From an uncultured delta proteobacterium (GTDB lineage: Bacteria; Desulfobacterota; WTBG01; CAIYCZ01; CAIRTM01), in the NCBI GenBank assembly GCA_963804955.1, contig CAWDSQ010000016.1, positions 125,285 through 189,284 of the forward strand: a DNA stretch of 64,000 nt, in the 5' to 3' direction. This document shows positions 63,897-64,000 of the stretch, in pieces; positions within the stretch are counted from its first letter, which is position 1; each line of letters opens with the position of its first letter. The translations under genes were made by a program, and so were the position numbers. The notes under the pieces are model-generated. The model was not told the DNA's origin, ran no database searches, and saw only the letters and a list, made by a program, of their open reading frames with translations.

Positions 63897-64000
63897 AATC
63901 AAAGACTGTACGTTGCTCACCAAAATGAGCGGGCTGCCGCCGGCCGTCAACCTGCGGGAACTGGAGGTCAATGGCCCTGTGCAGCACCAATGTTCTGTAT
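63883..64000 (+). CDS. DUF5752-like protein N-terminus (runs off window)
   Basis: RBS AAGGAG; MEPFEIKDCTLL..SG..AVNLREL, a family usually found beside otsA. Confidence 0.6.
   Translation, partial: MEPFEIKDCTLLTKMSGLPPAVNLRELEVNGPVQHQCSV

Noticed and set aside
1..64000. Numerous frameshifts read as pseudogenes or programmed frameshifting
   Set aside because: They hit essential and accessory genes alike (hemB, hemL, uvrC, top6, modABC), often at short homopolymers, which is the pattern of long-read indel error

Overview
Chromosomal window of a roughly 55% GC anaerobic bacterium, most likely a deltaproteobacterium (Desulfobacterota-like). This assignment is inferred from the ccsA-hemA pair, the Ahb haem genes, bacterial topoisomerase VI and a CFI-box-CTERM-like domain. 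Many conserved genes are split by single-base indels, which looks like uncorrected long-read error, so split ORFs were joined. Contents in order: (1) 1-10.8 kb, a Mo/Se locus with yqeB, a three-subunit xanthine-dehydrogenase-family enzyme, a catalytically dead ISNCY transposase, modABC and a sigma54 activator, carrying two P3-less Moco/Tuco-type riboswitches; (2) 10.9-20.4 kb, a tetrapyrrole cluster in which both radical-SAM genes (ahbD, ahbC) carry clean in-frame internal deletions; (3) 20-49 kb, housekeeping and accessory genes (porin, ndk, adk, uvrC, trxC, three PilZ paralogues, RND pump plus TetR, top6AB, rubredoxin, P-type ATPase) with several MITE/REP elements; (4) 49.6-60 kb, a minus-strand block with three Na+-riboswitch-like (DUF1646) elements plus a variant, an unannotated 41-aa membrane peptide, three modular beta-propeller surface proteins with shared C-terminal domains and strong D-N-x-S/T sequon enrichment, a lipoprotein and an orphan GspC-like gene; (5) 60-64 kb, a MarR-otsA-otsB-otsB-DUF5752 trehalose operon. 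The best candidates for something undescribed are the salt-responsive surface-protein block (riboswitches, a new C-terminal domain, the DNxT sequon), the predicted W-cofactor OFF switches on a Mo/Se enzyme and on Mo uptake, and the miniaturised Ahb genes. All family assignments come from motif recognition by eye; no searches were run.
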